A stretch of DNA of 64,000 bases from Myxococcota bacterium (GTDB lineage Bacteria; Myxococcota_A; Polyangia; Nannocystales; Nannocystaceae): positions 1 through 64,000 of the forward strand of contig JBCCHT010000005.1 of assembly GCA_039028615.1 (NCBI GenBank), written 5' to 3'. Positions within the stretch are counted from its first letter, which is position 1; every line of letters begins with the position of its first letter. A program made the translations under genes and the position numbers. Positions 60,436 through 64,000 of the stretch are shown in pieces. Below the pieces are notes generated by a model. That model did not search any database and was not told the origin of the DNA. It was given only the letters and a program-made list of their open reading frames with translations.

Positions 60436-61941
60436 ATGGTCTTGGCGATCAAGCGAGAGAAATCCGTAGGACATCGGGGCGCAGAACATACGGGCCTTCA
60501 AGGCGCGAGCCATGCGTTTCGGTTCCGACCATCGCGTCTCGATGCGCGGAGCATGGCCTCGCCGCTGTCGTGCGAGCTCGTGCGCGACGGCCACGTCTAC
60601 GGGCCCATGCGCGTCCTCGACGTCTCGCCCAACGGGCTGGGCGTCGAGCTCGACGAGCCCGTGGTGTTTCCGCTGGGCACGGTGATCGATGAGGTCCGCC
60701 TGCTCCAGGGCGGATCGGTTGCTGCCAGCGAGCGCGCCGTAGTCGTGAACCTGGTCAAAGGACCCCCCTCGCGGCTCGGGCTGCGCCTGGTCTCGGGTCT
60801 GTTCGATCTCGGGGCGCTCCAGCTCCGGGACGTTGCGTCGACCACTTCGATGCAGGCGTTCATCGCCGATCAGCGCACCGAACGAGAGCTGCTACCCGCC
60901 ACTTGGCGAGCCGCCGTGGCCGATCTCGCCCAGCTCCTCAAGCGAACGCGAGACTTCTTCGACCAGATCGAGGCCAACCATTCGCGGCCTCCTGGTGCTC
61001 GAAACGAGACCCAGCTCTTCGCGGAGTTGTTCCTCGTGTGGGGGGCCGAGTACCACGCTCAGCTGCGTCGATTGGATGCGATGACCACCGCGCTGTCCGA
61101 GGAGGCGAAGCAATGCGGGCTCGAATACGCCGCGCACTTGCTGCTGCCCCACGTGCACTGCTGCCCCATTCATCGCCGCGCATACGACAAGCCGCAGGGC
61201 TATGCGGGGGACTTCGAACTCATGCGCTTGTTCATGACTTCGGAGATCGAGGGCGAGACGCTCTACGCCAGGTTCCTGCACTACTGTGGCCAGCGATACC
61301 CGACCGCGCGCACTGTGATCGCGCGGGAGAAGACCATGCGAAGCGCCGTGCGCGAGCGCCTGAGCACGGGCCGGCCTGTTCGCATTCTGTCCGTCGCTTG
61401 CGGTCCGGCCCTCGAACTGCACAACGCGCTGCGCGAGATCACCGAGGCCGGTCAAAAGGTCGAGCTGTTCTTGCTCGATCAAGACGACGACGCCCTCGCC
61501 CATGCCCACGAAGGGGTGCGTCAGGTCCTGGCCGAGCGTGGTGATGCGCTACGAGGGGTGCAGATCGACGCCGTGCATTTCTCGGTCATGCAGCTGCTAC
61601 GGCCTCGCGACGAAGCGGAGGCCGCGGTGGCCCGCGAGTGGCTGTCGGACATGGACCTCATCTACTCGGCGGGGCTGTTCGACTACATGCCGCGCACCAT
61701 CGCGCGCGGCCTGGTAAAGTGCCTGTACGACATGCTCCGCTCCGGCGGCGACCTCTTCCTCGGCAACCTCCGCCGAGACCCGGCCAGCGCCTGGATGATG
61801 GAGCACGCCACCGCGTGGCACCTCATCTACCGCGAGCCCGACGAGATGATGGCGCTGGCGGACTGGGTCGATGCCGACGAGGTTGGACTCGTTTTCGACG
61901 AGACCGAAGGCTGCATGTTCCTGCAGGTCGGCAAGCGCTGA
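60436..61941 (+). CDS. PhcB-like SAM methyltransferase with a PilZ-like N-terminal domain
   Basis: DVSPNG (DxSxxG); RAYDKPQGYAGDF, ILSVACGPA, IYSAGLFDY and ME...WHLIYR. Confidence 0.8.
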   Translation: MVLAIKREKSVGHRGAEHTGLQGASHAFRFRPSRLDARSMASPLSCELVRDGHVYGPMRVLDVSPNGLGVELDEPVVFPLGTVIDEVRLLQGGSVAASERAVVVNLVKGPPSRLGLRLVSGLFDLGALQLRDVASTTSMQAFIADQRTERELLPATWRAAVADLAQLLKRTRDFFDQIEANHSRPPGARNETQLFAELFLVWGAEYHAQLRRLDAMTTALSEEAKQCGLEYAAHLLLPHVHCCPIHRRAYDKPQGYAGDFELMRLFMTSEIEGETLYARFLHYCGQRYPTARTVIAREKTMRSAVRERLSTGRPVRILSVACGPALELHNALREITEAGQKVELFLLDQDDDALAHAHEGVRQVLAERGDALRGVQIDAVHFSVMQLLRPRDEAEAAVAREWLSDMDLIYSAGLFDYMPRTIARGLVKCLYDMLRSGGDLFLGNLRRDPASAWMMEHATAWHLIYREPDEMMALADWVDADEVGLVFDETEGCMFLQVGKR

Positions 61942-62062
61942 CCGGCGTCCTCGAGCGGTCATTTGGCCCCGCCCGTGAACTGTTGCGCTCGCGGCTGACG
62001 ACACCGACCCAGGGGCGCGCCTGCTTCGTCGCGCTCCGCCGCCAGCCCTCGCGGGATGGGCT

Positions 62063-62734
62063 CTAGCCCGGGATTTCGCAGGGGCCCCCGCGCTCGAGAG
62101 CGCGGGCGTAGGCCGGCCGGGCGTGGATGCGCTCGACGTAGGCCTTCAGCTTCGAGATGTCGCCATCGAAGGTGCCGCGTGCGACCAGGGCCTCGGCGGC
62201 ATAGATCATCAAGAAGTCGGCGCCGCAAAGCTCGTCCCCCGCGATGAAGGCGCTGCGCTCGAGTTCGCTGAGGATGAGCTCGGTGTGCCCCTGGATGCCC
62301 GGGTCGACGTAGCCCTTGAACACCTTCTTGGCGACGGCCTTGGTGATGGGTCGCAGGAAGAAGGGCACGGGGGCTCGCGTGGTGCGAGTGAAGACCAGCT
62401 TGAGCAGCAGCAAGGACATGACGCTGCCCTCGGCGGCGTGCAGCCAGTAGCGCGAGCGATGGTACTCGGGGCTGCCCTTGGAGAAGCTGAAGCGACCCTC
62501 ACCGTAGGTGTCGATGAGGTACTCGACGATGGCCCCCGACTCGGCGAAGGTCAGCTCGCCATCGGTGACCACGGGCGACTTGCCCAGCGGGAAGACGGCT
62601 CGCAGGGAGGGCGGCGCGAGGTTGGTCTGCGGATCCCGGGCGTACTTTTCGATCTCGTAGTCGACCCCGAGTTCCTCGAGGAGCCACAGGATGCGATGCG
62701 AGCGGGAATGCTCGAGGTGGTGGACGGTGATCAC
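62063..62734 (-). CDS. Glutathione S-transferase
   Basis: HLEHSRSHRILWLLEELG, PLGKSPV and ESGAI. Confidence 0.92.
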   Translation of the reverse strand: MITVHHLEHSRSHRILWLLEELGVDYEIEKYARDPQTNLAPPSLRAVFPLGKSPVVTDGELTFAESGAIVEYLIDTYGEGRFSFSKGSPEYHRSRYWLHAAEGSVMSLLLLKLVFTRTTRAPVPFFLRPITKAVAKKVFKGYVDPGIQGHTELILSELERSAFIAGDELCGADFLMIYAAEALVARGTFDGDISKLKAYVERIHARPAYARALERGGPCEIPG

Positions 62735-62799
62735 GGCCGGCCTCTTCTCGTCGTTTCGTTTTGGGTGGCGTGGGCGAAGCGCTCACGCCGATGGGAAGC

Positions 62800-63573
62800 T
62801 CAGCGCCGACGTCGACGCAGCCCGGTGAGCAGCAGGACGCCGAACAGAGCACCGAGCGGCCCGCCACGCGTGGGAGTGGTGGTGCAGCCACAGCCTCCGC
62901 CGCCGCCACCGTCGGCCGCGGCCTCGGTGGTGCCACTGTCGTCGCTGCCCGAGGACGAGGTCCCGGGCATGGGCGGGGTGGGGGGCACGCCACCTTCACC
63001 TGCGGTGGAGTCACCGGTCGCCACCTCGCCGACCACCGTCACCTCGATGGGGGCGGAGAAGTCGGGCGACAGCTCGACGTCCGCGATGGCGTCGATGGTG
63101 TGGGGGCCCGGCGCGAGGTCCAGCGAGAACGTGTGGTCCATCGTGTCGCACTCGCTCATCTCGCAGCTGTCGAAGGTCATGCCGTCGACGCGCACCGTCA
63201 CCCGGTTGGGCGGGCCCGCGAAGCACCCGCAGGGATCGCAGTAGCAGGTGTGCGGCGCGGTGACCTGGAGGTCGAAGGGGCGGCCGACCTCGGCCCCGGT
63301 CATGGGGCTGACGATGACCACGCTGTCCGTGCTGACGTCGCACTCGCCCACTTCGCCGCAGCTCTCGCTGGAGCCGCCGCCAGTGCTGGTACCGGTGTCG
63401 GAGCCATCGGTGCCGCCGGAGCCGGTATCGGTGCCGTCCGTGTCCCCCGTGTCGCTGCCCGAGGACGTACCCATGTCGGTGGTACTGCCGGTCATGACGC
63501 CGCCCGCGAGGGCGACGGCGGGCGTGAGGGTCAGGGACAGGACCAGCGACGCGCGGAGGTAGGCGAAGCTCAT
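62800..63573 (-). CDS. Secreted MYXO-CTERM surface protein with T/G/S/D linkers
   Basis: Signal peptide; C-terminal GGGCGC, TM segment and RRRRR. Confidence 0.85.
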   Translation of the reverse strand: MSFAYLRASLVLSLTLTPAVALAGGVMTGSTTDMGTSSGSDTGDTDGTDTGSGGTDGSDTGTSTGGGSSESCGEVGECDVSTDSVVIVSPMTGAEVGRPFDLQVTAPHTCYCDPCGCFAGPPNRVTVRVDGMTFDSCEMSECDTMDHTFSLDLAPGPHTIDAIADVELSPDFSAPIEVTVVGEVATGDSTAGEGGVPPTPPMPGTSSSGSDDSGTTEAAADGGGGGGCGCTTTPTRGGPLGALFGVLLLTGLRRRRR

Positions 63574-63681
63574 GGCCGGACCCTATCACGGGGCCGGGGC
63601 CCGGAGTCGGCCCCCGGGCGTGAGCCCGTCGAGATCAACCGCACTGCGCGAGCACGCCGACCGTGCAACGATGCGCACGGC

Positions 63682-64000
63682 GTGGGGCAGGAGCGACGAT
63701 GGATCCGGGGGCCGTGGGTGGCTCTGCTCGTACTCGGTACGATGATGTGGGGGCTGTACCGCTTCGCCCGACCGCCAGCGCCCGACCGTGTGGTGGTGAC
63801 GACCGCCACCGTGGCCGCGCTGGAGGAACGATTCGAGCAGCAGCGCGGGCGTGCCCCCAGCGAGGCCGAGCTCGATGCGTTGGTCGACGATTGGATCGAG
63901 CGCGAGATCCTCGTTCGCGAGGCCCGAGCTCGCGGACTCGATCGCGCCGATCCGATCGTGCGTCGGCGCCTGGCCCAGACCATGAAGTTCGCCCTCGAGG
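63682..64000 (+). CDS. PpiC/rotamase-type protein (partial; runs off the right edge)
   Basis: Manual translation: TM segment, then ELDALVDDWIEREILVREARARGLDRADPIVRRRLAQTMKF. Confidence 0.75.
   Translation, partial: MGQERRWIRGPWVALLVLGTMMWGLYRFARPPAPDRVVVTTATVAALEERFEQQRGRAPSEAELDALVDDWIEREILVREARARGLDRADPIVRRRLAQTMKFALE

Overview
This is a GC-rich (roughly 68-70% by eye) bacterial chromosomal window. MYXO-CTERM sorting, expanded Ser/Thr kinase-TPR genes, paralogous vWA-like lipoproteins and an oxidosqualene cyclase point to Myxococcota, probably Nannocystaceae-like (inference). It holds about 40 real CDSs; most entries in the ORF track are GC-rich shadow ORFs. The first 15 kb is accessory-like: a partial KAP NTPase-WD40 gene missing from the ORF track, small orphans, a serine hydrolase plus FG-GAP pair, a 1.5-kaa orphan and a Tae4-like amidase. 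Housekeeping genes include an epimerase, an MsbA-like ABC transporter, two PPIases, dacB, an RRM protein, argC-argB and a CNNM/CBS protein. Two candidate undescribed systems stand out. (1) An unannotated ~335-nt minus-strand small RNA lies between a MutH-like gene and argC. It has a correctly spaced sigma54 -24/-12 promoter, an IHF-like site, upstream palindromes, a C/U-rich body with 7 CUUA motifs and an intrinsic terminator. (2) A PhcB-like putative signal methyltransferase is divergently paired with a fusion of Ser/Thr kinase, a PhcS-like 6TM domain and a degenerate GGDEF domain that keeps its RxxD site. Other notable items are an OSC with atypical active-site residues, a sulfatase fused to a CxxCH domain, and a metalloprotease with ShKT-like repeats. 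No rRNA, tRNA, CRISPR array or transposase was recognised. All family assignments come from manual motif reading, not database searches.
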